DNA of 64,000 nucleotides from Candidatus Cloacimonadales bacterium (GTDB lineage Bacteria > Cloacimonadota > Cloacimonadia > Cloacimonadales > JAFGVF01). The stretch covers positions 1,440,001 to 1,504,000 of the forward strand of contig OY782781.1 in the NCBI GenBank assembly GCA_963678315.1, written 5' to 3'. The position numbers and the translations under genes were made by a program. Shown here one piece after another: positions 20,807 through 29,423 of this stretch. The notes beneath the pieces are model-generated. The model was not told the origin of the DNA. It saw only the letters and a program-made list of their open reading frames with translations, and made no database searches. Every line of letters starts with the position of its first letter. The stretch's first letter is position 1.

Positions 20807-22365
20807 TGAAATTCTTTAGAAGTCACATACTAATTGGTATTAATGAAACTTCTCTTGAAGCTGGTGCTAAAAAGATTGAAACAGCATTGAAAGCTGAATT
20901 ATCAAAACGTAATCTTCAAGATGAGATTGATGTATTAGAGACAGGTCCATTGGGATTCTTTGCTAAAGGCGTTTGCTTAAAAGTATATCCTGAAAATACA
21001 ATGTATGAGAATATAACTTTAGCAGATATTCCTGAATTAGTTGAAGAACATTTCTTAAAGGGAAGACCAGTTCAAAGATTACTTGCTGCTACTAATAGAG
21101 TTGATGCTTATGACTTTAACTATAAAGCAAGAAATGTGTTAGAAAACTCAGGTATTATTGACCCTGAAGATATAGAAGAATATGTTGGTGCTGGTGGATA
21201 TACAGCATGGGAAAAAGCCCTTCTTGAAATGGAACCTCAAGATATAGTTTCACAAGTGAAAGATTCTGGACTAAGAGGTAGAGGTGGAGCTGGTTTCCCT
21301 ACAGGTTTAAAATGGAGTTTTACTGCCCCATTAGAAGCTGAACAAAAGTATCTTGTAATCAATGCTGATGAAGGTGAACCAGGTACATTCAAAGATAGAT
21401 TGATTATGGAAGGTGACCCTCACAAACTTCTTGAAGGTATGATGATTGCTTGTAGAGCTATCGGTGCTACAAAAGCTTTTATCTATATTAGAGGTGAATA
21501 CAAACTTTGTATAGAAAGATTAAGACATGCAATTGACCAATGTAACACTTACGGGATTCTTGGTAAAAACATTTTTGATTCTGGTTTTGACTTAGAATTT
21601 GATATCAAAGTTGGTGCTGGTGCTTATGTATGTGGTGAAGAAACAGCTCTTATAGAATCACTTGAAGGTAATCGTGGTAATCCTAGATTCAAGCCACCAT
21701 TCCCAGGTGTTAAAGGTGTATGGCAATGCCCTACAGTTGTTAACAATGTTGAAACTATTGCTAATGTTCCTACAATTATTAATAAAGGTTCAGAATATTA
21801 CAAATCACTCGGTGTAAATGGTGCTACAGGTACAAAAGTTTATACTCTGATGGGTGATGTTGCTATGCCAGGATTGACTGAAGTTCCTATGGGAATCTCA
21901 CTTCGCGATATTATTAATAAGTATGGCGGAGGCATGTTAAAAGGCAAGAAATTCAAGGGTGCATTAGTCGGTGGAGCCGCAGGTGTAATTTTATCTGATA
22001 AACTTCTTGACGTAAAAATGGATTATGAGAGTTTGAAAGAGTACTCTGCTGTTTTAGGTTCAGGTGCGATAATGGTTATGAGCGAAGAAGTAGATATGGT
22101 TGAAATGTTGTGGTCAATTTTACGCTTCTTCAGACATGAATCATGTGGAAAATGTTTCCCTTGTCGTCTAGGAACTCAACAGTTATATCAATTGATTTGC
22201 AGAGTTAGAGATGGTGAAGGCACTCAAGAAGACTTAGATACAATGATTTCTTTATCAGAATCAATGGTTAAAACTTCTTTCTGTGCTTTAGGACAATCAC
22301 CGTTTATGCCAATCAAGAGTGCAATAGAAAACTTCACCGAAGATTTTCAAAAAAGAATTAAATAA
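20806..22365 (+). CDS. [FeFe]-hydrogenase NuoF-like FMN/NADH-binding subunit (HndC/HydB), short form
   Basis: GLRGRGGAGFPTG, NADEGEPGTFKDR, GAYVCGEETAL, ESCGKCFPCRLG...CALG; ends without the C-terminal ferredoxin domain. Confidence 0.93.
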   Translation: MKFFRSHILIGINETSLEAGAKKIETALKAELSKRNLQDEIDVLETGPLGFFAKGVCLKVYPENTMYENITLADIPELVEEHFLKGRPVQRLLAATNRVDAYDFNYKARNVLENSGIIDPEDIEEYVGAGGYTAWEKALLEMEPQDIVSQVKDSGLRGRGGAGFPTGLKWSFTAPLEAEQKYLVINADEGEPGTFKDRLIMEGDPHKLLEGMMIACRAIGATKAFIYIRGEYKLCIERLRHAIDQCNTYGILGKNIFDSGFDLEFDIKVGAGAYVCGEETALIESLEGNRGNPRFKPPFPGVKGVWQCPTVVNNVETIANVPTIINKGSEYYKSLGVNGATGTKVYTLMGDVAMPGLTEVPMGISLRDIINKYGGGMLKGKKFKGALVGGAAGVILSDKLLDVKMDYESLKEYSAVLGSGAIMVMSEEVDMVEMLWSILRFFRHESCGKCFPCRLGTQQLYQLICRVRDGEGTQEDLDTMISLSESMVKTSFCALGQSPFMPIKSAIENFTEDFQKRIK

Positions 22366-22385
22366 ATAGATCTGGAGACAAAAAC

Positions 22386-24173
22386 ATGAATATGGTTAAT
22401 TTAACTATTAATAACATTCCGGTGGAAGTTCCGGAAGGTACTACTATTATTCAAGCAGCTAAGAAAGCTGGATTTAAAGTTCCTTCATTATGCTGGCATC
22501 CTGATTTAGCACCTACTGCAGCTTGTGGTATTTGTGTGTGTGATATCGAAGGTTACCCAGTACCAAAACGTGCATGTGCTACACCTGTAACTGAAGGTAT
22601 GAATGTTACAACTAACAGCAAAGAACTTAGACAATTACGTAAAACTATCCTAGAATTAGTTCTTGCTAATCACGATGTTACATGTCCTACTTGTGTTGCT
22701 AACGGTAAATGTGAATTACAACAGTTAGCTTATACAATGGATATTGACATGGACAAAGTTCCTCAATTATTAGAAAAGAAACCTATAGATTATTCAAGTC
22801 CTTCAATTGTTCGTGATACAAACAAATGTATCAATTGCGGACGTTGTATTACTGTTTGTAATGATGTTCAACAAGTTTATGCTTTAACATTTGCAGATCG
22901 TGGATTTGAAGCACACGTTGATACAGCAATGAGCTGGGGTATTGGTAACAGTGCTTGTGTTAATTGCGGTCAATGTACAGTTTACTGTCCTACAGGTGCT
23001 TTAAGAGAAAAAGATGATACTGATAAAGTTTGGGATGCACTATTAGATCCTACAAAACACGTTGTAGTTCAAGAAGCTCCATCAATCCGTGCTTCATTAG
23101 CTGATGAATTCGGTATGGATATGGGTACAGTTACTCCTGGTAAAATGTATGCAGCTTTAAAAGCAATGGGCTTTGATTCAGTTATGGATACAAACTTCAC
23201 TGCTGATTTAACAATCATGGAAGAAGGTACAGAATGTGTTGCTAACTTAAAAGCTCACACTGGCAAACCAGTTATCACTTCATGTTCTCCTGGTTGGGTT
23301 AAATTTGTTGAAACATACTATCCAGACTTAACTCCTTACGTTTCTACTGCTAAATCACCAATGTCAATGTTCGGTGCTATGGCTAAATCTTATTATCCTA
23401 AAACTCATGGTGTAGATCCTAAAGATATCGTTTCTGTTGCTATTATGCCTTGTACAGCTAAGAAATTCGAAGCTCAAAGACCGGAAATGGCTAACGATGG
23501 AATGCAAAACACTGATATCGTTCTCACAACACGTGAATTCATCAGAATGATCCATGAAACAGGTGTTGATTTTAAATCTATGCCTGAAGCTAAACCAGAT
23601 GAAGGTATGAGTTATTACACTGGTGCTGGTACTATCTTTGGTGCTACTGGTGGTGTTATGGAAGCTGCTATTCGTTCAGCTTACTTCTTAGTAACTGGTG
23701 AAGATCTTAAGAATCCTAACATTGAAGCTGTTCGTGGACTTAAAGGCGTGAAAGAAGCTGATATTGAAGTTCCTGGCTTTGGTAATGTTAGAGTTGCTGT
23801 TGCTAATGGTCTTGGTAATGCAAGAAAAGTAATGGATAAAGTTCAACAACAAATTAACGAAACTGGTTCAACTGAATACCACTTCATCGAAATCATGGCT
23901 TGCCCAGGTGGATGTGTTGGTGGTGGTGGACAACCATTCGGTAATGGTACTGCTGAACGTGCTCGTCGTGGTGAAGCTCTTTATAAAGAAGATGCTAACC
24001 TTGAATTCAGATGCTCACATCATAATCCTGAAATCACTAAGATCTATAAAGACTTCTTAGGTACTCCAGGTTCTGAAGTTGCTCATAAGTACCTTCATAC
24101 TCATTACTATGAAAGAAACAAATTTAAAGGTGATGTTGAAAGACAAACTACTGGTTTAGACGGTCATCATTAA
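22386..24173 (+). CDS. hydA: [FeFe]-hydrogenase catalytic subunit, group A (HndD/HydA)
   Basis: H-cluster motifs TSCSPGW, MPCTAKKFE, EIMACPGGCVGGGGQP; N-terminal 2Fe-2S, His-ligated 4Fe-4S (HDVTCPTC) and two 4Fe-4S motifs. Confidence 0.96.
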   Translation: MNMVNLTINNIPVEVPEGTTIIQAAKKAGFKVPSLCWHPDLAPTAACGICVCDIEGYPVPKRACATPVTEGMNVTTNSKELRQLRKTILELVLANHDVTCPTCVANGKCELQQLAYTMDIDMDKVPQLLEKKPIDYSSPSIVRDTNKCINCGRCITVCNDVQQVYALTFADRGFEAHVDTAMSWGIGNSACVNCGQCTVYCPTGALREKDDTDKVWDALLDPTKHVVVQEAPSIRASLADEFGMDMGTVTPGKMYAALKAMGFDSVMDTNFTADLTIMEEGTECVANLKAHTGKPVITSCSPGWVKFVETYYPDLTPYVSTAKSPMSMFGAMAKSYYPKTHGVDPKDIVSVAIMPCTAKKFEAQRPEMANDGMQNTDIVLTTREFIRMIHETGVDFKSMPEAKPDEGMSYYTGAGTIFGATGGVMEAAIRSAYFLVTGEDLKNPNIEAVRGLKGVKEADIEVPGFGNVRVAVANGLGNARKVMDKVQQQINETGSTEYHFIEIMACPGGCVGGGGQPFGNGTAERARRGEALYKEDANLEFRCSHHNPEITKIYKDFLGTPGSEVAHKYLHTHYYERNKFKGDVERQTTGLDGHH

Positions 24174-24195
24174 TCTTTAAATAGATAATATATTG

Positions 24196-24221
24196 AAGGG
24201 GTTGGAAACAACCCCTTTTTT
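24196..24221 (+). terminator. Intrinsic terminator after hydrogenase operon
   Basis: aaggggttg-gaaa-caacccctt followed by a T run. Confidence 0.88.
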
Positions 24222-24331
24222 GTTATTATCCAAAGTAAAGAACCTCTAAAGATTCTTATCTTTTCATAGCTAAATCAATTTCTTAACTCTGTCAGTTAGA
24301 AGGCTTCATTGCTCACCCTAATTTAGACCAA

Positions 24332-24454
24332 CGGCAGTTCATCTCTACAGCTCACTATTTATGTCGCCCTTTCAGGGCTAGATTATTGTTTCATATTTTA
24401 CATGGGGTACAAGACCCCATGCTTTCTATATGCCACCCCTTCGGGGTTTTTATA
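24332..24454. repeat. Composite REP-like unit (GCCCTTTCAGGGC / CATGGGG-CCCCATG / ACCCCTTCGGGGT)
   Basis: Inverted copy of about 15061-15180; also at 49861-49957 and 50063-50150. Confidence 0.8.
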
Positions 24455-24514
24455 GGTAGCATTCGCCTAAATGCTTACCAAACTGATACTGTGTGATTTA
24501 CCCAGCATTACTTT

Positions 24515-24684
24515 TTAACCCATTTGATGCAGTAGGCTTCTCGTGAAGAGTGCAGATTATTTCAGCAAAATAAGTTACAGAATCGAAGTTTGAATAATAT
24601 ATATTCTAGCTGAGATTATGGAACTTATTCTTGCCAAATAATATAGTACTATTCTAGAAGCTCTACTGTATTAGATGGGTTTAA
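24515..24684 (+). mobile_element. 170-bp palindromic MITE/ERIC-like element, copy 1
   Basis: Ends ttaacccatttgatgcagtag / ctactgtattagatgggtttaa; homologous to 41966-42166 and 53152-53321. Confidence 0.75.
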
Positions 24685-24691
24685 TCAATGG

Positions 24692-24723
24692 CCTCCTGCA
24701 TTAAATCGCATTTTTATGCAGGA
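24692..24723. repeat. TCCTGCATTAAA-n-TT(T/A)ATGCAGGA hairpin family
   Basis: Also at 37053-37096 and 61718-61747; related variants at 14849-14897 and 50267-50307. Confidence 0.75.
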
Positions 24724-24828
24724 TCCCCTTTACTTATACCAAGAAAACAAAGCTGATTTTTATTAAAATCTTATCATGATCTTACAAGAATAATATAATA
24801 AAAGCATGTAGTCTGCAAACTGATAAGA

Positions 24829-24987
24829 CCAGCAGCTTGCTGGCTAAAGATAAATAAACTGGGAACGCCAGCAGCTTGCTGGCTAAAGATAAATAAACTG
24901 GGAACGCCAGCTGCTAGCTGGCTAAAGATAAATAAACTGGGAACGCCAGCTGCTAGCTGGCTTCACTTAGAAAGCAGTGATAAGTGA
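24829..24987. repeat. 39-bp tandem repeat (~3.5 units) containing a GCCAGC-n-GCTGGC hairpin
   Basis: ctgggaacgccagc(a/t)gct(t/a)gctggct units start at 24859, 24898 and 24937 with an invariant aaagataaataaa linker; tail ttcacttagaa..agtgataagtga shared with 15017-15042. Confidence 0.9.
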
Positions 24988-25140
24988 GGAATAAACTGCA
25001 TAAAGAAAAAATAAACTCACTCATGAAGGAATATCTATTTTTCAACATTTTCCTTGACTTATTGAATAGCTGGATAAAATAATTGTGAACATTTATATCA
25101 TGAGTTTAATTGATTAAGATTCATGGTGCAAGGAGCATAT

Positions 25141-25338
25141 ATGGCTTTCAATGAAGATGCAAGAGTTAAACTACCTGCCATACTACACCTATGTAGATTA
25201 GGCTATAAATATATATCGCTTAAAGATAAGAGTATTGAATGGGATGATAATTTTAATATAGCTATTTCAATATTCAAATAATAAAAAAAAATAGAAGATG
25301 AGATTATGAAGAACTTCCAAGGGCTAGACTATGAATAA
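25141..25338 (+). pseudogene. Type I RM remnant: HsdR N-terminus in frame with an HsdM-like C-terminus
   Basis: AAGGAG RBS; MAFNEDARVKLPAILHLCRLGYKYISLK...IFK, two TAA, then KKIEDEIMKNFQGLDYE* overlapping the next ATG. Confidence 0.7.
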
Positions 25339-26770
25339 GAAGGAAAACTCAACTACAGAATTTAAAGAAATATTAAATGATAAGTTAGAAAGAGAAGTTG
25401 TAGCTTTTTTAAATTCGCCTAAAGGCGGAGATATTTATATTGGAATCACTGACGATGCTAGTATTATTGGTGTTGAAAATCCAGATAACACTCAGCTCCA
25501 GATTGTAGATAGAATAAAGAATAACATATCTCCAAATTGTCTAGGTTTCTTTGATGTAATACTAGAAGAAATAGAAGATAAACATATAATACATATCATT
25601 GTTACTAGAGGTACAGAAAAACCATACTATCTCAAGAAGTTTGGGATGTCTCCCAAAGGATGTTTTGTCCGACTTGGCAGTTCTGTTCAACCAATGACTA
25701 CTGATATGATTGAGAAATCATATTCTTCACGAGTGCAAAATTCTCTCAGAAATATTAATTCTCCACGCTATAGCAAACATAGCTTTGCTCAACTTAAAAT
25801 CTATTATCAAGAAAATGGCTACTCAATTTCCGACAACTTTTTAGAGAATTTAGACCTTTATACTGAAAATGGGAAACTGAATTATGTTGCCTATCTTTTA
25901 GCAGATACAAATAGTCTATCACTTAAAGTTGCCAAATACTTAGGAACAGATAAACAAGATTTGATTGAAAATGAGGAATATGGTTACTGCTCTTTGATAA
26001 AAGCTACTGAAAGAATACTTGATAAATTAGAAATAGAAAATAAAACCTTCGCTCTTATTACTGGTGCAGCCAAAAGAAAAGAACGAAGAATGATAAACAA
26101 CAGAGCTCTTCGGGAAGCCTTGATAAATGCTATTGTTCACAATGATTATTCAAAAGAAGTTCCTCCTCTAGTAGAAATTTATTCTGATAGATTAACTATC
26201 ACTTCTTATGGTGGCTTGGTTAACGGCTTAAGTTTAGAAGAATTTTATTCAGGAAGGTCTATGCCAAGAAATCGCGAATTGATGAGAGTTTTCAAAGATC
26301 TAGATCTTGTTGAACAACTTGGCTCAGGTATGCATAGAATCCTTGATTTTTATCCAAAGAATATCTATAAAATTACCGACAATTTTTTAGAGATATGCTT
26401 CCCTTATGAAAAAGAATATACCGACTATTTAAAATCTGAAAAAAGACAGGATAATAGTAAAACCCATCAAGTAACCCATCAAGTAAATGCAAAAACCCAG
26501 CAAGTAACCCAGCAAGTAACCCAGCAAGTAAAAAAACTAATTGTTTCCTTTGAAAATGGTCTAAGCAGTAGAGGTTTGCGAAAACTGCTTGCACTTAAAG
26601 ATAGAAATACATTCAGAGATGGATACTTGGATCCTGCTATCAAATTAGGCTTAGTTGAAATGACACAGCCAAACTCTCCCAATAGTCCAACCCAGAAATA
26701 TAGATTAACAGATAAAGGACTGAAGTTACAAGAAGAATTAAGAAAACTAGAAGAGGGTATAAATGAATAA
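25331..26770 (+). CDS. AlbA_2 (Schlafen-like) + HATPase_c_4 + C-terminal HTH protein
   Basis: ENSTTEFKE, VAFLNSPKGGDIYIG, REALINAIVHNDY, PRNRELMR, EQLGSG, TQQV linker repeats, PNSPTQKYRLT. Confidence 0.85.
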   Translation: MNKKENSTTEFKEILNDKLEREVVAFLNSPKGGDIYIGITDDASIIGVENPDNTQLQIVDRIKNNISPNCLGFFDVILEEIEDKHIIHIIVTRGTEKPYYLKKFGMSPKGCFVRLGSSVQPMTTDMIEKSYSSRVQNSLRNINSPRYSKHSFAQLKIYYQENGYSISDNFLENLDLYTENGKLNYVAYLLADTNSLSLKVAKYLGTDKQDLIENEEYGYCSLIKATERILDKLEIENKTFALITGAAKRKERRMINNRALREALINAIVHNDYSKEVPPLVEIYSDRLTITSYGGLVNGLSLEEFYSGRSMPRNRELMRVFKDLDLVEQLGSGMHRILDFYPKNIYKITDNFLEICFPYEKEYTDYLKSEKRQDNSKTHQVTHQVNAKTQQVTQQVTQQVKKLIVSFENGLSSRGLRKLLALKDRNTFRDGYLDPAIKLGLVEMTQPNSPNSPTQKYRLTDKGLKLQEELRKLEEGINE

Positions 26771-27095
26771 AATAAAGCTACATCATGCTTTCTTAGATAA
26801 TATAAAAAGTATCATTACGACTGCCCAAAACAATGCTGTGAGATCTGTTAATACACAGAGAGTATTAATGTATTGGAATATAGGTAAAGCTATTCTGGAA
26901 GAGGAACAAGAAGACAAAGATCGCGCTGATTATGGATCTTTCTTAATTAAAAACTTAGCTAAGGAAGAAAAAGAAGATTATGGAACTAGTTTTTCTGTAA
27001 GAATGTTAGAACTTGCCAGACAGTTTCATAGTACTTTCCCAATTGCGAACACACTGCATTCGCAATTGAGCTGGTCTCACGACAGGTCAAGGTAG
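26763..27095 (+). pseudogene. Truncated DUF1016/YhcG-family protein (N-terminal domain only)
   Basis: AVRSVN...MYWNIGK.I.EEEQ...RADYG, breaks right after SQLSWSH; nuclease domain absent. Confidence 0.8.
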
Positions 27096-27221
27096 AAATT
27101 CAAGAGTTTGAAGGGAGGGAGTGTGAGTAAATATATCTCAAAACAAAACCAAAAACTAGCAAAACAATTAGACTTTTTATTACCGATGGTGATCATTGGT
27201 CAGGTGAGGGGGGAGAAATGA
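27083..27221 (+). pseudogene. Two HsdS-like C-terminal remnants
   Basis: QVKVEIQEFEGRECE* (27083-27130) and QNQKLAKQLDFLLPMVIIGQVRGEK* (ORF 27123-27221) resemble the HsdS ending QNQxLxxLRDxLLPxLMNGQV. Confidence 0.55.
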
Positions 27222-27376
27222 TTAGCAAAACAGATAAATATGAGTTTAGAAAGCCTTTCAATGAAGCCGAATTGAAAAGTGTTTGTAGAGCTATAACAGA
27301 GGATGGTATTAGTGGAAGTGAAATTGGTTACTTGCTTAAAGTAAGAAATAAAAGAGATGCTTCACAAACAGGTTAA
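27218..27376 (+). pseudogene. N-terminal fragment resembling TIGR02391-family proteins
   Basis: MISKTDKYEFRKPFNEAELKSVCRAITEDGISGSEIGYLLK..., ATGA-coupled to the HsdS remnant, stops after 52 aa. Confidence 0.45.
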
Positions 27377-27565
27377 ATATACTTTTTTGGAAAAGTGTGC
27401 CTATTATAGAAAAAGTGTGCCCATAATATTTATAGAGGATGTTTTTTTTAACATGTTCTCTATAGATATTTAGACAGAGCATAGAGTGTATAATACTATT
27501 CTGGAAAGATAATATATGAATTAATTGTTACTGATTCATGATTTGTTTTAAGCCTGAACCGGTAA

Positions 27566-28192
27566 CTTTTTTCCGACAGTATTGAGTTCTACAATCCCGG
27601 AGGACTACCTAAGCCATTCGAGGAATTAAGGGGTAAAGATCTTTCTTTACCACGAAATCCAATTATAGCAAAGCTGTTCCGCATGGTAAAACTTGCAGAA
27701 AATGCAGGATTTGGATTTGATAAGATGGATTATAATTGGAAAGAATACAGCCATACTACACCTACTTATCAGATTGAGTTTGATTCCATTGTAACAAGCT
27801 TTAGTTTGGAAAAAGAATCTGAAAAAGCTTCAGAGAAAACTACGAAGAAAACAGGGGGAATGTCGGAGAAAACAGGGGAAACGTCGGAGAAAATAGGGGA
27901 AATGTCGGAGAAAACAGGGAAAACGTCGGAGAAAACAGGGAAAACTACGGAGAAAACAGGGAAAACTACGGAGAAAACTACGGAGAAAACTACGGAGAAA
28001 ATAGTTCAAGTAATAAAAAATAATTCATCGATCACTATGAAAGAAATTTCAGAGATTCTTGATATTTCTTATCATACTGTAGATTGGAATATTAGAAAAC
28101 TTAGAAAAGAAGGGAGAATAGAACACATTGGTTCTGACAGAAAAGGATATTGGCAAGTTCTATCTGATAATGATGAAAAAACAGATAAGTAA
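27566..28192 (+). pseudogene. 5'-truncated HATPase_c_4/HTH protein (same family as 25331)
   Basis: Frame open upstream of the 27683 ATG: DSIEFYNPGGLP...PRNPIIAKLFRMVKLAENAGFG; EKTG repeats; C-terminal HTH ...IGSDRKGYW. Confidence 0.75.
27831..27999 (+). repeat. Coding tandem repeats (21-bp and 12-bp units)
   Basis: cggagaaaacagggxaaac units then acggagaaaact units, encoding (S/T)EKTG(K/E)(T/M) and TEKT. Confidence 0.9.
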
Positions 28193-28413
28193 CTTATAAT
28201 GATAAAGGATTATTTCACAAGACGTGAAAAGATTGGATTCGGCATATAGCGCTAGTCAATGATATTTTAACTCAAATAATGCATTATTTGGCAATATATA
28301 TGTATTAATTGTTAATGATACATTGATTTGTTACATATATGTTAACTATATTTTTATTGACACATTAACTTTGGCAATTATGTATGACTTAAGTTATATG
28401 CTGGAGGCGGTTA

Positions 28414-28815
28414 ATGAGTTTGGTAAAAAGTATGCTTTCATTGCTGTACGCAAGTATAGCAATAGTATTATATTATGGTTTCGTTATTGGTGTTTTTGAA
28501 TATGTCTATACCTTTGAAGGATACATAAATTATGTACTTATTTGTGCTATTATGTTGTTTATTTTACAAGCAAGTAATTATATCAAGGGTATTGATAAAT
28601 TAATACTCAGTAAAACTCTTATCTGTTGTAATGATTACAAGAAAACCCAATATATATTAAGAACAATGTCAATTTTGATGTGCTTATGTTCAATTATATA
28701 TGTTTGGTGGAGAGATTTTGCTATTGTGTATTCTATTCTTGTTACAGTTGAGCTAGCTTTTCTGTGTGATATAGGAAGAGATTCAATTAAAGAAGATGAT
28801 AGATTTATGAAATAA
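28414..28815 (+). CDS. Hypothetical membrane protein
   Basis: GGAGG RBS, four hydrophobic segments. Confidence 0.65.
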   Translation: MSLVKSMLSLLYASIAIVLYYGFVIGVFEYVYTFEGYINYVLICAIMLFILQASNYIKGIDKLILSKTLICCNDYKKTQYILRTMSILMCLCSIIYVWWRDFAIVYSILVTVELAFLCDIGRDSIKEDDRFMK

Positions 28816-28834
28816 AAGTTAATAGGAGAACTTT

Positions 28835-29419
28835 ATGTCAGCAAAATTTTGTATCAAATGTGGAAATGAGCTTGAAAGCGCTGCTTCTTTCTGCTCAAAT
28901 TGTGGTCAAAGAGTAACTGATGAAAGGCAGAGTAATAACCTAGATCAGCAGGATAGTAGATTTGAAACAAATTCATATACTACTCCTATATATAGTGACC
29001 CAAGTCAAAAAAAATCAGAAGCTTGGAAGAGTTGGCTTGTTTTCATAGGTATCATGATGATTGTTGGAGCTATAATATTCTTAGTTACACCTTCAAAGAG
29101 AAAGCATATTCCTTTGAATAATCCATCAAGTAATATTAGTCTCAATTCTAGTAACTACTCAAAAAAGAAACAAGTTGTGGTAGTTAATAATCCTTATGAT
29201 AATTCAGTACGACAGGTAAAAGACTATATTGCAAGGACAGATCCAAGAGGAGCCAATGCTCAGTATCTAAAATGGTTTCCTGTTAAAGAAATTAGCACAG
29301 GATATTGGGTTAGAGTGCAATTCAGATTATTTGATATTTATGGCAACGCTAATGATAATGATATATACTTCTATATGGATGAAAATGGGGTTGTAACTGG
29401 TTACGAGTTAGCTCAGTAA
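28835..29419 (+). CDS. Zinc-ribbon membrane-anchored protein
   Basis: FCIKCG...FCSNCG, one TM segment, AGGAG RBS. Confidence 0.8.
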   Translation: MSAKFCIKCGNELESAASFCSNCGQRVTDERQSNNLDQQDSRFETNSYTTPIYSDPSQKKSEAWKSWLVFIGIMMIVGAIIFLVTPSKRKHIPLNNPSSNISLNSSNYSKKKQVVVVNNPYDNSVRQVKDYIARTDPRGANAQYLKWFPVKEISTGYWVRVQFRLFDIYGNANDNDIYFYMDENGVVTGYELAQ

Positions 29420-29423
29420 ATTA

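Noticed and set aside
24515..24684. attC site / integron cassette array
   Set aside because: Ends only loosely fit RYYYAAC/GTTRRRY, length exceeds typical attC, copies are 11-17 kb apart and no integrase is present
24829..24962. Possible CRISPR array
   Set aside because: Linkers are identical 13-bp sequences rather than unique spacers; no cas genes in the window
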